Below, piece after piece: positions 12,343-21,473 of a stretch of 64,000 bases of DNA. Source of the DNA: Porphyromonadaceae bacterium UBA4277 (lineage in GTDB: Bacteria > Bacteroidota > Bacteroidia > Bacteroidales > Muribaculaceae); the NCBI GenBank assembly GCA_002395965.1, contig DGVT01000121.1, positions 44,013 through 108,012 of the forward strand. The letters run 5' to 3'. A program made the position numbers and the translations under genes. Below the pieces are notes generated by a model. The model saw only the letters and a program-made list of their open reading frames with translations. It did no database searches and had not been told where the DNA came from. The stretch's first letter is position 1. The number at the start of each line of letters is the position of its first letter.

Positions 12343-13185
12343 ATGGCGGAAATAAAGAAGTTAAATTCGAAGCGTAAGAACGATAATTCTCAAGAGGATT
12401 TGTCGTTCGATGACTTTCTGACTATGTTACAACAGAAGTTAGACATTGATATTGACAGTTTGATGGAAGATGAGCCTGAAGAGGCGGACAATGAAGATGA
12501 CTATTATTCAGAAGAAGACTATTTGTATGGTCTTAAGCTGCCCAAGCACAAATTCATTGGGACTTCCAAGCGAGAATATCATATCCGCATTAAGCTGAAC
12601 GACGCGCCCGTTAGAATTTGGCGTGAACTCGTTGTTCCATCCAATATCACATTGGAGCTACTTGCTTTCGTGCTGATTGATGCAATGGGGTGGGCACATG
12701 AACACCTATATCAGTTTAGGGGAAAGAACGATGTGATTTATATGAATTCTCATGAGATAAGGGAACATAAGAATTCATTTTTCGGTTTCCTCTTTCGTGT
12801 TCAATATGTGAATACTGAAACAACTTCCTTAGATATGGTTTTACAACCTAAGGGAGGAAGATTTAAGTTTGAATACGATATGGGTGATTCTTGGATACAC
12901 GATGTATGGGTTAAGGGTGCCCGTGATTATGCGAAGGACGAGGAGCCTGTTATCAAACTTTTGAAAGCCGAAGGTGCATGTCCGCCAGAGGATTGCGGAG
13001 GTGTATGGGGTTATGCCGAACTTATAGAGCTTAAGAATAAAAAACGTAAGACAGCCGAAGATAAAGAACGTCTGGAGTGGTATGACATTTCTAAGGATTA
13101 TAATCCTAAGGATTGTGATCTGGAGTCATTGCAAGATGATGTTGAGGCTTTGTGGCTTGAGATTAAAGACGAAATGGATGAATAA
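12343..13185 (+). CDS. Plasmid pRiA4b ORF-3 family protein
   Basis: IWRELVVPSNITL, AMGWAHEHLYQF, FEYDMGDSWIH, GACPPEDCGGVWGY. Confidence 0.88.
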   Translation: MAEIKKLNSKRKNDNSQEDLSFDDFLTMLQQKLDIDIDSLMEDEPEEADNEDDYYSEEDYLYGLKLPKHKFIGTSKREYHIRIKLNDAPVRIWRELVVPSNITLELLAFVLIDAMGWAHEHLYQFRGKNDVIYMNSHEIREHKNSFFGFLFRVQYVNTETTSLDMVLQPKGGRFKFEYDMGDSWIHDVWVKGARDYAKDEEPVIKLLKAEGACPPEDCGGVWGYAELIELKNKKRKTAEDKERLEWYDISKDYNPKDCDLESLQDDVEALWLEIKDEMDE

Positions 13186-13317
13186 AAAGAGAAAGTTTGT
13201 CTAAATCTTAATCGAATCGCCTCTGATAGTCTCAGAGCGCGCGGTTAATTTGGCTAAAAATAATTAATTACGATGCAAGTAATTGATAATCAATATAAAT
13301 CTGTTGGGAATAAAGTT

Positions 13318-13345
13318 TTCGACGAGGAAGAGTATTAGTAGGCTT
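13318..13345 (+). repeat. 28-bp direct repeat copy 2 (att-like)
   Basis: Identical to 10457-10484. Confidence 0.9.
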
Positions 13346-13390
13346 CCGAAGGCCTAAATTGTAAAGCACGTGGGTGTGTCATAATTCAGA

Positions 13391-13514
13391 AAAAGCGTTG
13401 AAAACGCAGGCGCATCGAAGATGCGACCATTTCTTTAACACCATGCAAGCAACATCGAAGATGTGCGCAGCTTGGTGAGAGACAGCGACTTAAAAGGTGC
13501 TTCGAAGATGCACT
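13391..13514 (+). repeat. GAA-loop multi-hairpin element, copy A
   Basis: Hairpins gcgtt-gaa-aacgc, cgcatc-gaa-gatgcg, acatc-gaa-gatgt, gtgcttc-gaa-gatgcac; colinear with the reverse complement of 21517-21639. Confidence 0.8.
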
Positions 13515-13550
13515 ATATCAGTGACGTAATCTCAAAATTCAATCAAAGCC

Positions 13551-13796
13551 TTATGAAATAGAATTATGACACATCCCCGCGTTTTTTGTCTCAAATGATT
13601 CAACGACATCATAGAAACTGGATAAATGTACGTCTTCATCCAGCTTCTCCCAACGTATGTCGTCACCAAATCCTCCAATCTTGAAATCAAGTCGTTCTGA
13701 TTCGGAGGCTTTTTTCAATATGGTAAATGCTTCCAGCGGACGACTTAAAGTCTCGCCTGCATCTGTCAACAAATAAATGCGATTGGCGTCAAACCA
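13551..13796 (-). pseudogene. 5'-truncated DUF2442-like protein
   Basis: Frame reads WFDANRIYLLTDAGETLSRPLEAF...DIRWEKLDEDVHLSSF; no ATG before the upstream in-frame stop. Confidence 0.6.
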
Positions 13797-13891
13797 TTCC
13801 GAAAAGGCGGGCCTTCTTCGTCTTGCAGGGCGGGCATCGGTGATGAGTTATAGACTCGCACGATTGCCACTAATTATTGTGGGGCAGTTAT

Positions 13892-13951
13892 AATGTAATT
13901 CAAATGTAACGCGCAAATGCCTGCTGCAACAGCTAAATGGGCGTAACTTTG
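13892..13951 (+). promoter_or_regulatory. Pho-box-like direct repeat and -7 promoter of the Na/Pi symporter
   Basis: aatgtaa at 13892 and 13903 (11-bp period, OmpR/PhoB-type); taactttg at 13944-13951. Confidence 0.55.
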
Positions 13952-13982
13952 CACTCAATAAGATTTACATCCAAACATAATT

Positions 13983-15665
13983 ATGGAACAAAACTACTGG
14001 ATTATAGGGCTGAAGGTGCTGGGCGCGCTTGGGCTGCTCATATATGGAATGCGCATGATGAGTGAAGCATTGCAGAAGATGGCCGGCTCGCACTTGAGGC
14101 ACATATTGTCACGAATGACTACCAACCGGCTGCTGGGCATGCTCACCGGCACGTTTGTAACCTGTGCCGTGCAGTCGTCGTCGGCAACGACGGTGATGAC
14201 CGTGTCGTTTGTCTCGGCCGGGTTGTTGACGCTCTCGCAAGCCATATCGGTGATTATGGGTGCCAATATCGGCACCACGCTCACGGCGTGGATCATGTCG
14301 CTGGGATATTCGGTCGATTTGACCAACGTCGTGTTCCCGGCTTTCCTCGTTGGTATAATACTTATATATAAACGTCGCTTCCGTTACATGGGCGACTTGC
14401 TGTTTGGCATTGCATTCTTGTTCCTGTCGCTGGTGATGCTCAGCAGTGCCGGTCACGACCTTGACCTGGCCCATAACGAGGCGGTGGTGCGGTTCTTTGC
14501 TTCGTTCGACACGGGCAGTTATCTCACCATTCTGGCTTTTCTTGCCATAGGCACTATAATCACTTGCCTTGTGCAGTCGTCGGCTGCCGTTATGGCAATT
14601 ACGATTTTGCTTTGTTCCACAGGTGTGTTGCCCGTCTATTTAGGCATCGCCCTTGTTATGGGTGAGAATATAGGCACCACAGCCACCGCCAACCTTGCAG
14701 CTCTGGGTGCCGGCCTCCAGGCACGGCGGGCTGCGCTGGCTCACCTGCTGTTCAATGTGTTCGGAGTGATGTGGGTGCTCGTGGTGTTCTACCCGTTTGT
14801 CAACCTTGTGTGTAGCTTGGTGGGCTATGACCCGGCATTGAGTGGCCAGGCCGAGCGTCTGCCCGTTGTGCTGGCAATGTTTCACACATGCTTCAACGTG
14901 TCTAACACTGCCCTGCTGATATGGTTCGTGCCGCAAATGGAGCGGGTGGTGAAGTGGCTGCTGCCCGGCAGCGAGACTGAGGAGGAAACTGAGTTCCGGT
15001 TGCAGTACATACAGACGAACCTTGTCCAGACGCCTGAAATTGCCGTCCTCCAGGCTCAGAAGGAGACCTCGCGGTTTGCCGATAATGTGCGCATGATGTT
15101 TGGCATGGTCATGACGCTATTTGAAGAAAAAGATGGCGGGCAGTTTGAAGAGTGTTATCGCAAAATCGAGCACGAAGAGGACCTTTCCGACCGCATGGAG
15201 ATGGAGATTGCCCGCTACCTTGAGCAGGTGAGCGACGACCACTTGAGCGATGATACGAAACAGAAGATACGTCAGATGATGCGTGAGGTGGGCGAGCTGG
15301 AGTCGATAGCCGATGCCTGCTACAACCTGTCGCGCACGCTCAACCGTCGCATGCAGAGTGGCAAGACGTTTACCATAGTGCAGACAAACGACATCCTGGA
15401 GATGATGGGCTTGTGCGACCAAGCCCTGGAACAAATGTGCCTTGTGCTGCACGAGCAACTCGAGGAGCACAACATTAATGAGACTTATCGCATCGAGAAC
15501 AAGATAGATGCCATGTGTGAGCGCCTGAAGGAAGACAACCTTGAGGCCGTTAACGAACACCGCTACGACTACTCGTTAGGCACGATGTTCAGCGACATGG
15601 TGAGCGAAATGGAGCACTTAGGCGACTATGTTGTTAACGTGGCACAGGCCAGATTTGGACAATAA
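13983..15665 (+). CDS. Na+/Pi cotransporter with C-terminal PhoU-like domains
   Basis: Two QSSS...GANIGTT / QSSA...GENIGTT repeats; helical tail with ELESIADACYN and EMEHLGDYVVNVA. Confidence 0.93.
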   Translation: MEQNYWIIGLKVLGALGLLIYGMRMMSEALQKMAGSHLRHILSRMTTNRLLGMLTGTFVTCAVQSSSATTVMTVSFVSAGLLTLSQAISVIMGANIGTTLTAWIMSLGYSVDLTNVVFPAFLVGIILIYKRRFRYMGDLLFGIAFLFLSLVMLSSAGHDLDLAHNEAVVRFFASFDTGSYLTILAFLAIGTIITCLVQSSAAVMAITILLCSTGVLPVYLGIALVMGENIGTTATANLAALGAGLQARRAALAHLLFNVFGVMWVLVVFYPFVNLVCSLVGYDPALSGQAERLPVVLAMFHTCFNVSNTALLIWFVPQMERVVKWLLPGSETEEETEFRLQYIQTNLVQTPEIAVLQAQKETSRFADNVRMMFGMVMTLFEEKDGGQFEECYRKIEHEEDLSDRMEMEIARYLEQVSDDHLSDDTKQKIRQMMREVGELESIADACYNLSRTLNRRMQSGKTFTIVQTNDILEMMGLCDQALEQMCLVLHEQLEEHNINETYRIENKIDAMCERLKEDNLEAVNEHRYDYSLGTMFSDMVSEMEHLGDYVVNVAQARFGQ

Positions 15666-15685
15666 TATGTAACTTTGCACCCGAT

Positions 15686-16366
15686 ATGGAAAAACAACGT
15701 ATATTAGTAATCGACGATGAGCCGGATTTGTGCGACATCCTGCTTTACAACCTGCGTGAGGGCGGCTACAGGGCCGACTGTGCCTACTCGGCCGAGGAAG
15801 CCCTCGGACTGCCCATCGCCCACTACGACCTGCTGCTGCTCGATGTGATGTTGCCGGCCATGTCGGGCTTTGAATTAGCGGCAAAGTTAAAGACCGATTC
15901 ATCCACATCGCACATCCCTATCATCTTTCTCACAGCCAAGGATGCCGAGGCCGACACGCTGCAAGGCTTCGACATCGGTGCCGACGACTATGTTACCAAG
16001 CCGTTCTCGGTGCGGGAGTTGATGGCCCGGGTGAAGGCTGTGCTCGGCAGGGTGGCTGCCTCGAGCCCCGCCAGTGTGGCAGTGCAGGCCTATGAAGGCC
16101 TGGTGTTAGACCTGAAGAAAAAGACCGCCACAGTCGATGGCCTGGATGTGGCTCTGACCAAAACCGAGTTTGAACTGCTGAAGTTGTTGCTCAGTTGTCG
16201 TGGACAAGTGCTTGCGCGCAGTCAGATGCTGGAGCAGGTGTGGCCCGAGAATGTGGTTGTTACCGAGCGCACTGTGGATGTGAACATAGCACGGTTGCGC
16301 AAGAAGATCGGTGACTACTCGAGGTGCATTGTCGCCCGGCAGGGCTATGGCTATATGTTTGAATGA
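15686..16366 (+). CDS. OmpR/PhoB-family response regulator
   Basis: VIDDE, LLLLDVMLP, GADDYVTKPF, winged helix ERTVDVNIARLRKKI...GYGY. Confidence 0.95.
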   Translation: MEKQRILVIDDEPDLCDILLYNLREGGYRADCAYSAEEALGLPIAHYDLLLLDVMLPAMSGFELAAKLKTDSSTSHIPIIFLTAKDAEADTLQGFDIGADDYVTKPFSVRELMARVKAVLGRVAASSPASVAVQAYEGLVLDLKKKTATVDGLDVALTKTEFELLKLLLSCRGQVLARSQMLEQVWPENVVVTERTVDVNIARLRKKIGDYSRCIVARQGYGYMFE

Positions 16367-17289
16367 TGAAGAAGCTGAGTGAAGGACGCAAGATGTGGCT
16401 CAGTGTGATGGTCATATTCACCATCTATGCTGCGACGTTCATCTTGTTTGACGACTACGACCGCAAGATGCTCGAGCCATTCAATGAAGTGAGCGACTGG
16501 CACTTGATGCTGTTCTCGCTTGTGGTGCTGGTGGGCTTGGGCTTCTTGCTGCTGCATTACTCGCGGCGCATGGACGAACGCATCAATCGCGAGCGTGCCG
16601 AAAAAGAAAACCAGATGCGTCGTGAACTCACGCAAAACATTGCCCACGAGCTCAAGACCCCGGTGGCGAGCATACTCGGCTATTCCGAGACCATCCTCAA
16701 CTCTCCCGAAATGGACGATGCCACAGTGCGCCGGTTTATCTCTCGCACGCATGACCAGGCCCGGCGGCTCACGTCGCTGCTGCAAGACATCTCCACGCTT
16801 AACCGTATGGACTATGCGCGCGACGTGCTGGCCATGGAGCGCATCGATGTTTCGCAGCTCTTTGCCGAGATTGTGCACGAAACATCGCTCACCTTCGCGC
16901 AACGTGAAATGACGCTTAACAACTGCCTGCCTCAAAATGTGATAGTGCGAGGTAACATGTCGCTCATCTACAGTGTGCTGCGCAATCTTGTGGATAATTC
17001 GCTCAACTATGCCGGCCGCGGTGCCGTGGTCGAGGTCTCGGCAACAGAGACATCTACTCACTGGATGTTTACCTTTGCCGATAATGGCGTGGGAATTCCC
17101 GAAAAAGATATGCCCCGCATCTTTGAGCGTTTTTACCGCGTGGACAAGGGACGGAGCCGCTCATTAGGCGGCACGGGCCTCGGGCTGGCCATTGTCAAGA
17201 ACGCTGTCCAGCTTCATGGCGGCACAATCACGGTGAGTCGTCCCGAAAGCGGCGGGCTGGAGTTCCGCTTCTCGCTGAAGAAGCAGTGA
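16363..17289 (+). CDS. PhoR-like sensor histidine kinase
   Basis: Two TM segments, AHELKTP H-box, NLVDNSLNY, DNGVGIP, FERFYRVDKGRSR, GTGLGLAIVK. Confidence 0.94.
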   Translation: MMKKLSEGRKMWLSVMVIFTIYAATFILFDDYDRKMLEPFNEVSDWHLMLFSLVVLVGLGFLLLHYSRRMDERINRERAEKENQMRRELTQNIAHELKTPVASILGYSETILNSPEMDDATVRRFISRTHDQARRLTSLLQDISTLNRMDYARDVLAMERIDVSQLFAEIVHETSLTFAQREMTLNNCLPQNVIVRGNMSLIYSVLRNLVDNSLNYAGRGAVVEVSATETSTHWMFTFADNGVGIPEKDMPRIFERFYRVDKGRSRSLGGTGLGLAIVKNAVQLHGGTITVSRPESGGLEFRFSLKKQ

Positions 17290-17426
17290 TGTGAATATAG
17301 GTGTGTCCGACACTCTAACTATTGTAGGGTGTTGGCTAAAAAATGCTAAATATATGTAATCAAATTGGCATTTTTGAGTAATTGTTTATATCTTCGCATT
17401 CAAAACTGACTTTTTCACGATAATTC

Positions 17427-18107
17427 ATGAAACCGATAACCAGCATACTGCTTGTGCTGTCGCTGATTTGCTACGTGTTTCTGCCTTTCTACGTCATCTC
17501 GTTTCAGGGCACGATAACCGGCTTCAGTTTCACCGCCGGCACAATCACTCAATATCCCAGCGTGCGCCACATTGCGTTTGCGCTGCTGCCATTTATCTCA
17601 TGTTTTCTGGCGATAGGCTTTAATACACTCAAAAACCGGTGGTGGAGCCTGCTGTCGGCATTCTTCGTTTTGGGAATGCTGTGGTTCTTCTCTCACACCT
17701 ATAACTTCCATGAGATAGCACTTCAACATCAGCCCGATGTAATGCCCAACGAAGACATTGGCGAGGGCTTCACGATTGTGGGGTTAGGCATTGGTTACAA
17801 GTCGAGTTGCTTATTGGCAATTTTAGCGCTTTGCTCGGCATTGCTGTCGGTGTTGCCGTTCTCGTTTAACCGGACTATAGAGAAGGCTGTGGATGATACT
17901 ATCGACCGCAGCTTGGAAGACGTGCGAGCCATAGGCACACGCGTGTCGAAGGATGTGAAAGACTGGCAAACCAAGCGTCACAAGCCTCGAAGCGGCACCA
18001 CTACCGCGACTACAACTCAACCCGATGTTGAAGCCGGCACCGGCGTTGACCGGCCTGAACCCCCTGAGATTGACAAGGAGGACCCGTCGCGCTTCATGCC
18101 CAAGTAA
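17427..18107 (+). CDS. Hypothetical membrane protein (about 4 TM, hydrophilic tail)
   Basis: Hydrophobic segments, host-like codon usage, AT-rich upstream region. Confidence 0.7.
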   Translation: MKPITSILLVLSLICYVFLPFYVISFQGTITGFSFTAGTITQYPSVRHIAFALLPFISCFLAIGFNTLKNRWWSLLSAFFVLGMLWFFSHTYNFHEIALQHQPDVMPNEDIGEGFTIVGLGIGYKSSCLLAILALCSALLSVLPFSFNRTIEKAVDDTIDRSLEDVRAIGTRVSKDVKDWQTKRHKPRSGTTTATTTQPDVEAGTGVDRPEPPEIDKEDPSRFMPK

Positions 18108-18168
18108 ATTCGCGCAGCGGCAGGCCGGTGAGCACCAGCCTGCGGCTGTGATTGCATAACTCCAAGAT

Positions 18169-19569
18169 ATGAAACAATTTATTAAGCTGCTGACGGCCGT
18201 TGCCGTCGTCATGACTATGCACCTGCCTAACGAGGTGGCTGCCGGAAATAACGAGATCATACTTCACGCATGGTCGTGGTCGTTCAACACCATTCGCGAG
18301 CATCTGCCCGAAATCAAGGATGCCGGCTACACGATAGTGCAGACGTCGCCCATCAACGAGTGCTATGTGGGTGATAATGGCGGGCGTCAGCTCTTCGGCA
18401 ACGGAAAGTGGTACTATCATTACCAGCCCACCGACTGGACAATAGGCAACTACCAGCTGGGCACCCGCGACGAGTTCAAGGCAATGTGTGCCGAGGCTTC
18501 GCGCTTGGGACTGCGGGTGATAGTGGATGTGTTGCCCAATCACACCGTTATCGACCGTCGCTATATCAACGAGCGGCTCGACAGCGCAGTGGGAGGCCGT
18601 GAGAACCTGTTTCATGCCAACGGGCTGTGGCCCATCAAGGACTACAGCGACCGTTATCAGTGCACTACCGGCGAAATGGGTACACTGCCCGACGTGAATA
18701 CCGAAAATCCTGATTTCCAATACTACTATATGCAGTATGTGAACGACGTGCTGGCCTGCGGTGCCGGCGGGTTCCGCTACGACACTGCCAAGCACATCGG
18801 TCTGCCCGGTGAGATGTGCGACCCCAAGTCGCCGCAGAACGACTTCTGGGATGTGGCCATGGGGCGCAAACCGGTGAAAGGCCTCTGGCTTGCCGTGCCG
18901 CGCGACCAGCTCTTCATCTATGGCGAGGTGCTGCAAGACAAGAATGTGCCTGAGCAGGGCTATGCCGAGTATATGGATCTCACGGCGAGCAACTATGGCT
19001 GGGTGCTGCGCAATGTTCTCAACAAGCACAACGCCAAGGCCGACGACTTGCTCTCGTGGCACCACAGTGTGCATCCGTCGCATTTGGTCACATGGGTAGA
19101 GTCGCACGACACCTATTGCAACGATCATGCTTCGGCAGGCATGAGCGACGAGCTGGTGCGCTTGGGATGGGTCTTCCTCACGGCGCGGCAATATGGCACG
19201 CCGCTGTTTTACTCGCGCCCTCACGGCAGCACACGCGACAATTACTGGGGAGATAACGAGATCGGCAAGGTGGGTAATGATGAGTTTAAGCACCCGTTGG
19301 TGCGTGCGGTCAACGAATTCCGCCATGCCAACTGTGGCCAGCCCGAGAACATCGTCTATAGTGCCGATGGCAAGCAAATCGTCGTGGAACGCGGCAGCAA
19401 GGCGGCCGTAGTCATTAACCTTGATGAAAATGCAGCCCAAGTGTCGATACCGGTAACCATAGCCGACGGCAAATACCGCGATGCCGTCACCCATCGTCGT
19501 GTGCAGGTCAGGAAAGGCATCCTCAAAGCCTCGCTTGAGCCCCTGACTGCCTATGTGCTTTCGAAGTAA
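18169..19569 (+). CDS. Secreted GH13 alpha-amylase
   Basis: Signal peptide; ILHAWSW, VQTSP, WYYHYQP, DVLPNH, GFRYDTAKHI, YGEVLQ, WVESHD. Confidence 0.93.
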   Translation: MKQFIKLLTAVAVVMTMHLPNEVAAGNNEIILHAWSWSFNTIREHLPEIKDAGYTIVQTSPINECYVGDNGGRQLFGNGKWYYHYQPTDWTIGNYQLGTRDEFKAMCAEASRLGLRVIVDVLPNHTVIDRRYINERLDSAVGGRENLFHANGLWPIKDYSDRYQCTTGEMGTLPDVNTENPDFQYYYMQYVNDVLACGAGGFRYDTAKHIGLPGEMCDPKSPQNDFWDVAMGRKPVKGLWLAVPRDQLFIYGEVLQDKNVPEQGYAEYMDLTASNYGWVLRNVLNKHNAKADDLLSWHHSVHPSHLVTWVESHDTYCNDHASAGMSDELVRLGWVFLTARQYGTPLFYSRPHGSTRDNYWGDNEIGKVGNDEFKHPLVRAVNEFRHANCGQPENIVYSADGKQIVVERGSKAAVVINLDENAAQVSIPVTIADGKYRDAVTHRRVQVRKGILKASLEPLTAYVLSK

Positions 19570-19595
19570 TGTGGCCTGCTTTCAAGCCGACGTTT

Positions 19596-20372
19596 TCAGG
19601 GAATATACTGGAAGTCGAGCAGGGTGGGGTTGAACTTGATGTGAGGGTTGCCGAACATCTGTTCCAATGCCTGCTGCTCGATAAGAGCGGGCGTGGGGCC
19701 GCTAATTAATTCACCATCTTTGGTTATTAGCCACAGGTCGTCGGCCATGAGCAGCGACTGCGACACGTCGTGGCTCGACAGCAACACGGCCTTGTCGTTG
19801 TCGTGGGCTAATGTGTGCAGCAGTTGCATCGTCTCGATGCGGCTGGCCACGTCGAGGAATGCCGTGGGCTCGTCGAGGATGATGATGGGCGTGTCTTGAG
19901 CCAGAGCTCGTGCTATCATAGCCTTTTGTCGTTCGCCGTCGCTCAGGTCGGCCATGTAGGCTTGTGCCTTATGGTCGATTCCCACAAGCGTCATGGCGCG
20001 TTCCACGGCTTCGCGGTCGTGAGTGCTGAGCCGCCCTAAGAAGCCCGTGTGTGGCTGTCGCCCGAGTGCCACAAGGTCGGCCACGGTTAGCCCGCCCACG
20101 GTGATGCGGTCGGTGGTGACCAGCGCAATCAGCCGTGAGCGCTCGCGGCCGGTGAGCTGCGAAATGTCGGCAGTGCCTATGGTGATGCTGCCTTCCAGCG
20201 GCTTAGATGCGCAGGTGATGGCACGCAACAGGGTCGATTTCCCTGCGCCGTTGTGACCCAACAAGGCTGTGAGCCTACCGCGATTGAGGCTCAGGTTCAG
20301 GTTGCTCAGAATGGGGGTTACACGTTTGCCATCGGTGTACCCCACGGTAAGGTTATGAGTGGTTAGATACAT
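19596..20372 (-). CDS. Cobalamin/iron-siderophore ABC transporter ATP-binding protein (BtuD/FecE-like)
   Basis: GHNGAGKST, LSDGERQK, ILDEPTAFLD. Confidence 0.92.
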   Translation of the reverse strand: MYLTTHNLTVGYTDGKRVTPILSNLNLSLNRGRLTALLGHNGAGKSTLLRAITCASKPLEGSITIGTADISQLTGRERSRLIALVTTDRITVGGLTVADLVALGRQPHTGFLGRLSTHDREAVERAMTLVGIDHKAQAYMADLSDGERQKAMIARALAQDTPIIILDEPTAFLDVASRIETMQLLHTLAHDNDKAVLLSSHDVSQSLLMADDLWLITKDGELISGPTPALIEQQALEQMFGNPHIKFNPTLLDFQYIP

Positions 20373-20387
20373 ATTTCTACTATTATT

Positions 20388-21428
20388 TTAGCTGTGTATT
20401 TTCTCCCTGACGATGATATAGATAATAATGGGCACGCCTATTATGGGGGTGATGGCATTGATGGGAATGATGCCGTGAGTGCCGTTCACGCTGATGAGCG
20501 TGCACAGTAGTGCCACACATGCACCGGCAAGGATGGTGGTGGGTATCAGCCGGGCATGATTGCTGGTTGCAGTCATGAAGCGTGCCACATGTGGCACCAC
20601 AAGCCCTAAGAATCCTATCGGGCCGCAGAAGGCAGTGACCACTGCCGTGAGAATGCCGGTGACGATGAGCAGCACGTTGCGTGTGCGATGGGTGTTGACA
20701 CCTAAGTTCTCGGCATAACGTGTGCCAAGCAACAGGGCATTGAGCGGTTTCACCATCAATATTGCTGCTATGAGCGATGCAATGATGCAGGCACCAAACA
20801 CCGGCATCTGCGCCACCGTTACGCCCGAGAAATTGCCGAACCCCCATGTCACATAGCTGTGTATGCCTTCCTCGCTGGCTACCGAGTTGAGCAGTGAGAT
20901 AATGCTTGACGCTAAATAGCTCACTAAAATGCCCACAATCAGAAGCATGGTGCTGTTTCGCACGATGGCCGAGAATGCAATGAGAATGGCAAGCACAGCC
21001 CCGGCGCCTATCAGAGCACCTATGAGTGTGGTCACATAGCTGCCCACAGCGGTGCCCAGCAGTGTGCTCACCGTGCCTCCGGTGGCCAGCATCACTACTG
21101 CCACTCCCAGTCCGGCACCTGCCGAGACACCTAATATCGACGGGCCCGCAAGAGGATTGTTGAAGGTGGTCTGCAACAGCAGGCCGCTCACGCTCAGGGC
21201 GGCACCGGCAAGGGCTGCCGTGGCAATCATGGGCAGGCGTGACTGACGGATGATGATGTCCCAAGCCACATTTTCATGCCCATTGCCGGCAATGATGCTA
21301 AAAACGTCGCGCGCCGGAATATCAACCGAGCCATATAGCAGGCATGCCACTGCCAGAACCATGAGCAATGCAGTGAGAATGCCCATTACAATCCAAAATC
21401 GCACTTTGCTTTTATTGTCAGGTTTCAT
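20388..21428 (-). CDS. FecCD/BtuC-family ABC permease
   Basis: RLP...GAALSVSGLLLQTTFNNPLAGPSILGVSAGA; GPIGFLGLVVPH. Confidence 0.93.
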   Translation of the reverse strand: MKPDNKSKVRFWIVMGILTALLMVLAVACLLYGSVDIPARDVFSIIAGNGHENVAWDIIIRQSRLPMIATAALAGAALSVSGLLLQTTFNNPLAGPSILGVSAGAGLGVAVVMLATGGTVSTLLGTAVGSYVTTLIGALIGAGAVLAILIAFSAIVRNSTMLLIVGILVSYLASSIISLLNSVASEEGIHSYVTWGFGNFSGVTVAQMPVFGACIIASLIAAILMVKPLNALLLGTRYAENLGVNTHRTRNVLLIVTGILTAVVTAFCGPIGFLGLVVPHVARFMTATSNHARLIPTTILAGACVALLCTLISVNGTHGIIPINAITPIIGVPIIIYIIVREKIHS

Positions 21429-21473
21429 GTGATTATTATTTTATTCTGTAGCCCATCATAAAAGTTATAAATA

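Noticed and set aside
18094-19494. 466-aa minus-strand ORF
   Set aside because: Antisense to a clear GH13 amylase and has no motifs of its own. The same applies to 34636-35889 and 44486-45799.
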